NCBI GenBank assembly: GCA_964495355.1
Contig: CAZBVU010000003.1
Coordinates: 8,775 to 72,774, forward strand
From: an uncultured Oscillospiraceae bacterium
GTDB taxonomy: Bacteria; Bacillota; Clostridia; Oscillospirales; Oscillospiraceae
Length of the DNA: 64,000 nucleotides
Direction of reading: 5' to 3'
The position numbers were made by a program, and so were the translations under genes. The first letter of the stretch is position 1; the number at the start of each line of letters is the position of its first letter. This document shows positions 39,901 through 47,637 of this stretch, in pieces. The notes below the pieces were generated by a model that saw nothing but the letters and a program-made list of their open reading frames with translations, ran no database searches and was not told the origin of the DNA.

Positions 39901-42271
39901 CGTCACCCTCACGGCCAAGGCCACATGGAATAAGGACAACAGCGTATATGCAAACATGGTCTACACCGTCAAGGTAAAGGGCAGTGACACGGATATTAAA
40001 GAGCAGATGCGCAAGCAGCTTGAGGCAAAGCTTGATGCCGCGCTGAAATCCCCCGGGCTTACGGATATCGTAACCGGCGGCGCACTGGACACAGGCAACG
40101 TTGTAAATGACATACGCTTCCCCTCAACCCGCGACTTTGACGTTAATGGCCAGAAGCAGCCCATTACCATAACCAGCAGCAATGAAAGCGTCATCCCCTC
40201 CCCCGATGTGAATAACGCCGTGCGTGCAAATGTCTACCGCCCCGCCCCCGGTGAGGAGGCTGTGGATGTCACACTGACCATCACCATAACCGACACGGAG
40301 ACCGGCGCTGTCGCGTCGCGTGATGTCACCGTAACCGTGCAGCCGCTGACAGATGCTGAACTGGACGCGGAAATCGCGCTGATGGAGCAGGTAAAAGCGC
40401 ATTATTTTGACGGCATTAAGGGCAAAAACACCAATCCCGATGAGATAACCACCGACCTCACGCCGTTTTCCGAGGTGTATCTGGACGAAGGCGGGAATCT
40501 TGTGTGGGTGTATAAGTATGCCCAACAGGTCGGTCACGGCATTGTGCCTGTCGCGCTGGACGGATGGTACGCCTCCGAACAGTGGCGTCTGTTCAAATCC
40601 TCCAACGCGCAGGTGATAAGCCACGAAAGTCTGGCCGTCACGCGCGATAAGGAGCACAAATCCGTTACCGTGGAGAGCTGTCTCTCCAGCGAGGCTTATG
40701 GCAAGTATGCCGCGCGTTATCCCGGCAATGCAAAGCTGCAAAAGCTTTATAATCAGCCGGTTTCCGCAAAGCTGACTGTCCTCGGCACTGACCCAACAAG
40801 TGATGATGCCGACGAAAAGAAACTGAGCGTGCTATTCACCCTCTCCGACAACGGCGCTCCGTGGATAAGCTGTGCATACAGTGACCTTGGAGAGGGCGTG
40901 ACAGTGTATGATGTGTTCTACCGCGCGCTGTCTGAAAAGGGCTATGCAGCGCTGGGCGGCGCATTTGTAACCGGCATAGTAAAGCCTGACGGCACAGTGC
41001 TCAGCCAGAAGGATCGCGGCGAATATTCCGGCTGGATGTATGCCGTTAACGGCAGCATCCCCGCCGTTGTAATGAGCCAGTACTTCCTCTCTGACGGTGA
41101 CAGTATCCACTTCTTCTACACGGATGATTACACCGCGCTATACGGCAAGCAATCCGAATACACCGTGGATGAGGTGATAAAGCTTATCGACGCCATAGGC
41201 GAGGTCACCATTGCCAGTGGTGACGCGATATCCGCCGCAAGACGCGCGTATGAAACGCTGACGCAGGCGGAGAAGGCACAGGTCAGCAACTACAACATCC
41301 TCAAAGAGGCTGAAAAAGCCTATGCCGCGCTGATAAAGAAAAACGGCGAAATTCTGGATATATACACCACAACCGGCGACTATATCCAGCGTGATGAGGA
41401 GAACACCCTCTGCAAATTCGGCAGTGAGTGGTTCATCCTCGGCCTTGCCCGCAGTGGGCGCGACGTGCCTGAGGAATATATAGAGGTGCTGGAGGCGTAT
41501 GTGTCGGTGCGTGCGGACGATAATGGCCGCCTGAGCGCCACAAAGCCGACAGAAAATGCGCGTGTGATACTCACGCTAACGGCGCTGAGTCTCGACCCGG
41601 CTGACTTTGGCGGGGCTGATCTGCTCGCCCCGCTGGGCGATATGGCGTATATCGCGATGCAGCCCCTCTCCGGCGCGATATACACGCTTCTGGCGCTAAA
41701 CAGCGGCGATTATGACGTTCCCGCCGCGCCTGACGGCAAAAAGCAGACCACGCGCGAGGCGCTTATTGAGTATCTTCTCGACAAGCAGCTTGATGACGGC
41801 GGCTGGGCGTTCTCCGGTGACACCGCTGAGGTTGACGCGACTGCAATGGTGCTGCAAGCACTCAGCGCATATTATGACCCCGACAGCAAGGACGCGCTGA
41901 CAAAGCGCGTGAACGCGGCGGCAGAGGCGGCAATCGCGCTGCTGTCTGATATGCAGAGCAGCACCGGCGGCTATGAAAGCTACGGCACACTCAACAGTGA
42001 GTCGTGCGCACAGGTCATAACGGCAATAACCGCATACAGCATCGACCCGCACACTGACAAGCGCTTTATCAAAAACGGTATAAGCGTTGTGGACGCGCTT
42101 TGCTCATTCTATGTGGAGGGCGGCGGATTCAGCCACACACTCACTGCTGAGCTCGATACACTCGCCACCGCGCAGGGCTATTACGCACTGACCGCGTACT
42201 ACCGCCTGATAAACGGTGAAGCCGCGCTATTTGATATGCGCGACACCGAGGAATATACCCTCGCCGCGTAA
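36902..42271 (+). CDS. secreted 1789-aa multidomain protein; putative extracellular corrinoid-binding protein
   Basis: Start at MKKRITSLALALIMLCGMMPMGAFA|DD (Sec signal peptide); the 24 codons upstream in the ORF track lie inside the attenuator. Domain order: P/T/E/S-rich linker, beta-sandwich-like region, six Listeria-Bacteroides-type repeats, Ig-like repeats, DUF4430-like domain, prenyltransferase-like alpha/alpha toroid. No LPXTG, SLH or choline-binding anchor seen. Confidence 0.85.
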   Translation: MKKRITSLALALIMLCGMMPMGAFADDAVPVETVVIETPPLSVEPELTPAPAPTPASESESTPAPATSAEPAPDAESTVEPVPSAEPTVEPTPSAEPTPSAEEDDADDEIALLGGISTYALSAFDESLLNGIPAAASNSGWKSDGSMIVSGNKGQFYSSATLTLTFTTDAHISFQYKVSSGRSDYFSVKHNSTAIVNNVSGVTDWVGVAVDVKADDTLTFVYRKGGNYSTGVDDRAYLTGFSAGEPTVVTFYANNGTDDSTTQNFYGTAALNANTFTKDHAVFDGWALTADGEKKYDDKETIDKPTEALSLYALWADAKVVSFYNGTGGLIASVNIRTGSAIPVDAIPSPASNGYIFSGWRVDGAEFNTAAPITADITLTAAWTPIEYTVRFSANNGAGSMADMAGLKYGESYYLPKCSFAREGYTFAGWGSSSYTSTASYADEAAVSNLSSTNGAVVTLYAVWYGKQVPVTVDLNYDIENRVSTRTCVVGQNYNYIYNEATGSAKYSSLSDPKRDGYRFLGWYTAAEGGDKITTSDKFTSTDAVTMYAHWVKTVTITFDANGGSCYTKTKVIDEGSTCSGLPSASLSGKTFIGWFTEIDGGQQVTTDTTFTTDTILYAHYKNKQYILVFNANGADGEMESITADSGVEYTLPPCSFTRDGYNFKHWSTSSYDSSYSTRYSDGGTIEYTASYDNARYNLYAIWEQTVFGKAFDAIKAALPDNNTVYTTGALKLPSGGDGWSVEYSSDNSSYISSTAEVLTLPTSGTKAVTITATVTDTANGTSQTRDYTLTLYSAEAKQAEDTLKEALGKLTGNFTPVYGTDKNACRALEALLESKGYEGIRVSVKTPAADDCASIAADGTISYHFDDKMTGSDSYLRPVYSFTLSGVTLDKELQTRLTWDLGKAQARIDALAASITVPKELSADDTLTLPKYQLKSGIDPDTADYSDYTQFDSWATITWAAADASGEDSEILKIGASGGSSGYYAPHTVTIAQPKDDTNVTLTAKATWNKDNSVYANMVYTVKVKGSDTDIKEQMRKQLEAKLDAALKSPGLTDIVTGGALDTGNVVNDIRFPSTRDFDVNGQKQPITITSSNESVIPSPDVNNAVRANVYRPAPGEEAVDVTLTITITDTETGAVASRDVTVTVQPLTDAELDAEIALMEQVKAHYFDGIKGKNTNPDEITTDLTPFSEVYLDEGGNLVWVYKYAQQVGHGIVPVALDGWYASEQWRLFKSSNAQVISHESLAVTRDKEHKSVTVESCLSSEAYGKYAARYPGNAKLQKLYNQPVSAKLTVLGTDPTSDDADEKKLSVLFTLSDNGAPWISCAYSDLGEGVTVYDVFYRALSEKGYAALGGAFVTGIVKPDGTVLSQKDRGEYSGWMYAVNGSIPAVVMSQYFLSDGDSIHFFYTDDYTALYGKQSEYTVDEVIKLIDAIGEVTIASGDAISAARRAYETLTQAEKAQVSNYNILKEAEKAYAALIKKNGEILDIYTTTGDYIQRDEENTLCKFGSEWFILGLARSGRDVPEEYIEVLEAYVSVRADDNGRLSATKPTENARVILTLTALSLDPADFGGADLLAPLGDMAYIAMQPLSGAIYTLLALNSGDYDVPAAPDGKKQTTREALIEYLLDKQLDDGGWAFSGDTAEVDATAMVLQALSAYYDPDSKDALTKRVNAAAEAAIALLSDMQSSTGGYESYGTLNSESCAQVITAITAYSIDPHTDKRFIKNGISVVDALCSFYVEGGGFSHTLTAELDTLATAQGYYALTAYYRLINGEAALFDMRDTEEYTLAA
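37640..39013 (+). other. six tandem Listeria-Bacteroides (Flg_new-type) repeats within the giant protein
   Basis: Each ~70-aa unit ends with an aromatic-G-W...(L/M)YA(x)W signature: FDGWAL...LYALWA, FSGWRV...LTAAWT, FAGWGS...LYAVWY, FLGWYT...MYAHWV, FIGWFT...LYAHY, FKHWST...LYAIWE. Confidence 0.75.
40817..41136 (+). other. DUF4430-like (transcobalamin beta-domain-like) module of the giant protein
   Basis: GVTVYDVFYRALSEKGYAALGGAFVTGIVKPDGTVLSQKDRGEYSGWMYAVNGSIPAVVMSQYFLSDGDSIHFFYTDDY fits the pattern as I recall it (SGWMYxVNG...YxLxDGDxIxxxYT). Confidence 0.7.
41350..42220 (+). other. prenyltransferase/squalene-cyclase-like alpha/alpha-toroid module of the giant protein
   Basis: SEWFILGLARSG, QLDDGGWAFSGD, ATAMVLQALSAY, STGGYESYG, CAQVITAITAY and VEGGGFSH recur at roughly helical-hairpin spacing. 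Confidence 0.6.
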
Positions 42272-42281
42272 AAAAGTATAG

Positions 42282-42316
42282 AAAAACGAGGGAATGCGTT
42301 GGCATCCCTCGTTTTT
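42282..42316. terminator. bidirectional terminator after the giant gene
   Basis: AAAAACGAGGGAATGC-GTTG-GCATCCCTCGTTTTT, with one bulged base. Confidence 0.8.
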
Positions 42317-42344
42317 ATTGCGTTAAACAGGTACTCTCCCTCTC

Positions 42345-43235
42345 TTATTCCATCTCTGCGGCGATGATGCGCATTGTGCTCTCGGCGATATTCAGCACGG
42401 TGTCCAGCTCCATATCACCATAGACATAGGGCAGGACGCTGTCTATAAACACCTGCTCAATCTTGTTGTAATTGTGCGTGTGCAGTGTGGCGCTGTCGAT
42501 CAAACTATGCACGTTCTCGGTCATCTGGGTGGAATTATAAGATTTAAGAACGGCTTCAAGTGCATGGATATTGCCGGGGTAGCATATACGCCGTTGGTCG
42601 AAGTCCTTTATCTGCCATTCCTCTGTGAGTATAAGGCGAAGAAAGCCCCATGCGTTTTCCTTGTCCGTGCACGTTTTGGGTATGAGATGCATGCTGTGAT
42701 CACCGCAGAAAAGACTTGTGAAGTTATCTCCACCGTCGCTGCCGTCATCAAGCGGAAGAATGGTTTTAGGTGCATCATGGGCATCAACTTCCAATGGCGT
42801 TACCGCAATCTCAGCACCGTCGGGGCGATATATGCGAACGGCATACGTCTCGCTGTCCGCCGATTCATCTGAAGTTCCGACAAGAAAATAGAATTTACCC
42901 GCACCGTAGCTCACATTTATTGCGCGGTCTTTCCCGCCTAGTGTAGTGATTATATCTGCGTCAGATAGTGAATGGCTCTCCGTGCCCTTTGTGTAACCCA
43001 TGACGGTGAGAGCGGGTACATCGTTTTTCGTGCCGCAGACAAATATGTGCTCACTGTCCGCTGCAACACCGGTTATGCTTCCGTCAATGCCGAGTGGGTA
43101 GACGCTTTTCGCGTCTGCGCGGTAATAGTATTCCACGTCTTTATTTGCTTGATTGACGGTGTTTGGCTCGGCACTGCAGGCGCATAACAGCATTGCAACA
43201 ACCAAAAACAGCGATATAAAGGTACGTTTTTTCAT
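42345..43235 (-). CDS. hypothetical lipoprotein with a solute-binding-protein-like C-terminal part
   Basis: Signal peptide plus lipobox-like MLLCAC|S. The C-terminal ~110 aa (ENAWGFLRLILTEEWQIKDF...) resemble the tail of ABC substrate-binding proteins. Confidence 0.4.
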   Translation of the reverse strand: MKKRTFISLFLVVAMLLCACSAEPNTVNQANKDVEYYYRADAKSVYPLGIDGSITGVAADSEHIFVCGTKNDVPALTVMGYTKGTESHSLSDADIITTLGGKDRAINVSYGAGKFYFLVGTSDESADSETYAVRIYRPDGAEIAVTPLEVDAHDAPKTILPLDDGSDGGDNFTSLFCGDHSMHLIPKTCTDKENAWGFLRLILTEEWQIKDFDQRRICYPGNIHALEAVLKSYNSTQMTENVHSLIDSATLHTHNYNKIEQVFIDSVLPYVYGDMELDTVLNIAESTMRIIAAEME

Positions 43236-43402
43236 ATAATCCCTCCAAGCTTTGCGCGTCTACTATGTGCTTGGTATATAGACTGTTATTTACGCCAAAA
43301 TGTTCCTCTGTGGTGGAGGGACAGGTAAAATGGTGGCTACAGCGATTTTTCTTTTCGCTGTAGCCATCTATTTGTATTTATCTATTCAGGTTTTCCCGTT
43401 CA

Positions 43403-44362
43403 TCACCCTACAACATCTTTGAACACCCGCAGGGCGTTTTGGGTGCATATACGGTCAATTTCATCATCGGTAAAGCACTTTGACATGGCATCGGCAAGCC
43501 GCGGCAGACCGGCGCAGTCTTTAAATTCCAGCGCACAGTCTATCCCATCGAAATCTGAACCGAGCGCGACTGCCTCTATTCCGGCCTTGTTGCGGATATA
43601 GTCCATGTGTGCCACTATGTCAGCAATTGCAGTGTAATCCTCGCGTCCGTTGAGAAACGCCGAATAGAAATTGACGCCCACAACGCCGCCGCAGTCGGCC
43701 AGCGCGTGAAGCTGCTTATCCGTGAGGTTGCGGCTGTGGTCACACAGTGCGCGGGCACAGGAGTGCGAGGCGGCAAACGGCTTTTTCGTGCGCCGCGCCA
43801 CATCCCAGAAGCCGCCCTCGGATAGATGCGACACGTCAACAATTATCCCCAGCTCATTCATCCGCTGCACCGCCTCAATGCCAAAGGGCTTCAGCCCCCT
43901 TGCGTGGTCAGCGGCGTCTGCGGCGTTGGGATAACCCAGCGAGTTTTCATAGTTCCATGTCAGCGCCGCCATCCTCACGCCGCGTGAATACATCTCATCC
44001 ACCCGCTCGATTTTCCCGTCAAGAAACACCGCGTCCTCCACTGTCAGCAGGGCGGATATCTTGCCCTCGCGCTGATTCTTTTCAACATCGGCATAGCAGC
44101 GCACAGGCGCTATCGCGTTGGCATATTGCGCCATCTGCGCGTCGAATATATCCGCGAGGGCGTGGAACAGTTCGTAGGCATCCAGCTTCACACCGTTTCT
44201 CTTCGCGCAATCGTGCGTGGCAATAAAGGCCGCAAAGCTTTGCATAAGCACCTCACCGGCGGCAAGCTTTGCAAGATTTATGTGTCCGTTCAGCGCGGCA
44301 AGATCCTTTTTCTGAAGATACATTTCAAAAAGGCTGTCGCAATGTAAATCTACAAATCGCAT
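43403..44362 (-). CDS. membrane-dipeptidase family (peptidase M19) dipeptidase
   Basis: MRFVDLHCDSL start, LTWNYENSLG and DVSHLSE motifs. 319 aa. Confidence 0.8.
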   Translation of the reverse strand: MRFVDLHCDSLFEMYLQKKDLAALNGHINLAKLAAGEVLMQSFAAFIATHDCAKRNGVKLDAYELFHALADIFDAQMAQYANAIAPVRCYADVEKNQREGKISALLTVEDAVFLDGKIERVDEMYSRGVRMAALTWNYENSLGYPNAADAADHARGLKPFGIEAVQRMNELGIIVDVSHLSEGGFWDVARRTKKPFAASHSCARALCDHSRNLTDKQLHALADCGGVVGVNFYSAFLNGREDYTAIADIVAHMDYIRNKAGIEAVALGSDFDGIDCALEFKDCAGLPRLADAMSKCFTDDEIDRICTQNALRVFKDVVG

Positions 44363-44387
44363 TATTATCGTCTCTTTTCTTTATTAT

Positions 44388-45779
44388 TTAGGCCAGTTTC
44401 TTTCTCTTTTTCGCGCACATGGTATAGTATACCGCACAGACGACCAGCAGGAATGCCGAAGCCGCCGTCTCCGCGAGGCCGATATGGAACACCACCGGTA
44501 CAGGGCGCGTGGTCATAAGCCACGCCAGCGGCACACGCACTGCAAGCCCCGCGATTATCCCCTGCGTCATCACAAAGGCGGTCTTGCCGATGCCGTTAAA
44601 ATATCCGGTGAAGCAATACGCAAGCGACAGCACAAAGCACTCAATACTCGTGGCTTTCAAAAACTCTGCCGAGACCGCGATAACCGCCGCCTCCTCAATG
44701 AACAAAGAGGACAGCACATCACCGAAGAAGAACGTCAGCAGCGCGATACCCCCGCCAATTACGGCGGCGGTGGCCATGCCGTCCCACATCGCCTGCCGTG
44801 CGCGCGCGTGCTGTTGTGCGCCGGTATTCTGCGCGACAAAGGCCGACACCGACTGCATATAGCTGAGCGGCACAAGGAAGATGAACATGGCAATCTTCTC
44901 CGCAATGCCAACGCCTGCCGCGATGGTCAGGCCAAGGCTGTTGACAAGGCCGATGATGATAAGATATGACAGCTCATTGCACATATCCTGCAACGCGACC
45001 GGAAAACCCAGCTTTATCACGCCCAGCGCCGTCTCTCTCTCTGGCCGCATAGCCTCCCGCGCGAGCTTGAAGGGCAGACCGTGCTTTTTGATAAGCAGCA
45101 GCGACAGCGCCACGCTTATCGCCTGCGCCGCAGTGGTGGCGATCGCCACGCCCGCTGCGCCGAGGTTAAATACCCTCGTCAACAGTATATCCCCCGCAAT
45201 GTTGAACACGCTTGCAATCGTGACGAAAATCAGCGGCGCTCGGGAGTTGCCCATGCCGCGGAAAATGGCACTGGTGAGATTATACGCCGCAATGAAGATG
45301 CAGCCCGCGCCGCATATGCGGATGTAATCCACCGTGTGTTCCAGCGCCTCCACCGGTGCATTCATCAGCAGTGCGATTGGCCGCGCCAGCACTATCACCA
45401 GCACCGTCAGCACCGCGCCAAGGCCGCCGAAGATATAAATACTCGTCCCAATAACGCGCGAGGCGCCCGCGCTGTTCCCCTCGCCGATGCGCATACCCAA
45501 CAGCACCGTTGTGCCGAGGGCAAGGCCGGTTATAAGGCCGTTTATTATCAGCATGGTCTGGCTGCCTGTCGCAACAGCAGACACCTCCGCCGCGCCGCAA
45601 AACCGGCCCACAGCCCACAGGTCAACCGCGCCGTAGAACGCCTGTAAAAAAAGCGCCAGCAGCACCGGCAGTGAAAACTTCAGCATTGCGGGGATGATAG
45701 GCCCGCTCAGAAACGCCCCCTCTATTTTAACCTCGTTATTGTTTGCTGTGTTATTGTTTATGTTCGATATTTCCGCCAT
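44388..45779 (-). CDS. MATE family efflux transporter
   Basis: 463 aa with 12 TM helices. PVLLALFLQAFYGAVDLWAVGRF N-terminal motif. Confidence 0.85.
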   Translation of the reverse strand: MAEISNINNNTANNNEVKIEGAFLSGPIIPAMLKFSLPVLLALFLQAFYGAVDLWAVGRFCGAAEVSAVATGSQTMLIINGLITGLALGTTVLLGMRIGEGNSAGASRVIGTSIYIFGGLGAVLTVLVIVLARPIALLMNAPVEALEHTVDYIRICGAGCIFIAAYNLTSAIFRGMGNSRAPLIFVTIASVFNIAGDILLTRVFNLGAAGVAIATTAAQAISVALSLLLIKKHGLPFKLAREAMRPERETALGVIKLGFPVALQDMCNELSYLIIIGLVNSLGLTIAAGVGIAEKIAMFIFLVPLSYMQSVSAFVAQNTGAQQHARARQAMWDGMATAAVIGGGIALLTFFFGDVLSSLFIEEAAVIAVSAEFLKATSIECFVLSLAYCFTGYFNGIGKTAFVMTQGIIAGLAVRVPLAWLMTTRPVPVVFHIGLAETAASAFLLVVCAVYYTMCAKKRKKLA

Positions 45780-45782
45780 GTT

Positions 45783-46232
45783 TTAAGCTCCGTTAATCTC
45801 CTTTAAATTGATCTCTGTCACCACGTTGAGGATCTTGCAGAATTTCTCTATATCCTCTTTCGTGTATTCGCGGCCAAGACGCTCCTGCAATTCGGCATCC
45901 TGACGCCGATATACCTTATACGCCGGAACCCTGCTCTCATCCACGGAGAGATAGTTCTTTCTCCGGTCGTTGGGGTCAACCGTCTTTTTCACAAGTCCCT
46001 GCCGGATAAGCTCGTTTATCTTCTGCGTAACCCCCGGCTTTGACACGTGCAGCAGTTCCGCCAGTTTAGAGACGGTGCACTGCCCTTTCATGAAAAATAT
46101 GATGTCCATATACAGTGAGCTGTTAAAGCTGATGGTTTCATCCACAATGCGCTTGTTCATCAGGTTCAAATCGCACAGCGCCGTGCTGTAGTAAAAGGCA
46201 TCCAGCGCCTCTAATATTTCCACCCTGCGCAC
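45783..46232 (-). CDS. MarR family transcriptional regulator
   Basis: 149 aa winged-helix protein (VSKLAELLHVSKPGVTQKINELIRQGLVKKTVDPNDRRKNYLSV). Lies 3 nt upstream of the MATE gene. Confidence 0.8.
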   Translation of the reverse strand: MRRVEILEALDAFYYSTALCDLNLMNKRIVDETISFNSSLYMDIIFFMKGQCTVSKLAELLHVSKPGVTQKINELIRQGLVKKTVDPNDRRKNYLSVDESRVPAYKVYRRQDAELQERLGREYTKEDIEKFCKILNVVTEINLKEINGA

Positions 46233-46357
46233 CTCCGTTTTTGTTAAGTGAATATAATTATAATAGCTTAACTAATTCTATTTGTCAATAGGCGCATATA
46301 TGAAAAGAGATCGGCACACTACGGCCAATCTCTCTTTTCATCATTCTATTTGCAGTC

Positions 46358-47314
46358 TTAAAGCTGCTTTTTCCGCTTGTACTCATCAAAGAAGGTCACG
46401 AAGCTGTCGAACAGCTCACGCGTTTTACCGTGCAGTCCGGTCTCCTTATGATAATAGGCGCAGACGTTTTCAATGTCCGGCAGGTACGGCAGAGGGAAGA
46501 TGTCTATATTCCGCAGATAATCCTCCTGCACCTCGTGGGCAAGCATATCCCAGAAAAGCTGAGGATAGATGAACACGCCCAAACCGCTGTTTGCAAGCTG
46601 AAACGCATTTTCCACATTGGTAAGCTCACACACAAAATGCGGGTTTATATCGTAATACTTCAAGTAGCTGTTGAGCGTCCTGCCGCCGGATGACTGACGC
46701 GGGATCTTTATAAAAGGCACGCTTTCAAAATAGGCGAGATCCGCCCCCTTTGAAAACTCCGCACGTCTGGCCTCATACTCACTGCCGGCGAGATGGTGCA
46801 GCATCGGCTTTGGCACAACAAGAAGCTGCTCCTTGCGGCAAAGCGGCACGGCCTTATAAGTGTCAGGCGTATTGTTTATCGTGCCTATAACGAGATCCAC
46901 CCCGTCATAGCTCAGCGTCTTTTGCAGCACCTCAGGCGATTCCTCGCTAAGCTTCACATAGGTGTCGGGATTACGGTGAATGTAATCCGGCAGAACGTGC
47001 GGGAGGATGGCGCGCGCAATGGTATGCTCAACGCCAAGATGCACAAAATGCGCCCCGCTTATGCTCTTGGAGCTTGATTCCTCATACTGCTGTTTTAAAA
47101 GCAGTATGCCCTTGGCGGTTTTCAAAAACTGCTTGCCGTCCTGCGTCAGCACCAATGGGCGGCTGCGCACAAACAGCGGCGTACCCAGCTCCTCCTCCAG
47201 CTTTGCAATCTGCTTGCTGAGAGACTGCTGTGATATAAATAGATGCTTTGCGGCGGTTGAGAAGCTTTTCTCATCTGCCACAGCTATAAAGCTTTTCAAT
47301 AGCGAGAAATCCAT
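46358..47314 (-). CDS. LysR family transcriptional regulator
   Basis: Start moved to MDFSLLKSFIAVADEKSFSTAAKHLFISQQSLSKQIAKLEEELG (ATG at 47314). Divergent from the TAXI-TRAP genes. Confidence 0.85.
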   Translation of the reverse strand: MDFSLLKSFIAVADEKSFSTAAKHLFISQQSLSKQIAKLEEELGTPLFVRSRPLVLTQDGKQFLKTAKGILLLKQQYEESSSKSISGAHFVHLGVEHTIARAILPHVLPDYIHRNPDTYVKLSEESPEVLQKTLSYDGVDLVIGTINNTPDTYKAVPLCRKEQLLVVPKPMLHHLAGSEYEARRAEFSKGADLAYFESVPFIKIPRQSSGGRTLNSYLKYYDINPHFVCELTNVENAFQLANSGLGVFIYPQLFWDMLAHEVQEDYLRNIDIFPLPYLPDIENVCAYYHKETGLHGKTRELFDSFVTFFDEYKRKKQL

Positions 47315-47637
47315 AATTACGCTCCGTTTCCTATTATCAACCGGCGACCGAAAGTATAGCACCACCGGTTTAAATAGTCAAATAAAAAACGATATTTGTA
47401 CTAAAAAGTGGCCTTTTTGCGGCAATTGATAACAGCTTCACATTCTTTTTATTGCTTTTGCATAAAACGCCATACCCGCCAAAGCAATTTTATGTGTTAA
47501 TTGGTGAAATTGTAAATACACTATTGCCAAAATCAACTTTTGGTTGTATTATAACAGCGAAAAGAGCGTAATTCAAGTGTTACGTTAGCGTAATGAAAAA
47601 TATTTTTCAGCGCATAAAATTCAGGAGGTCAATGATC

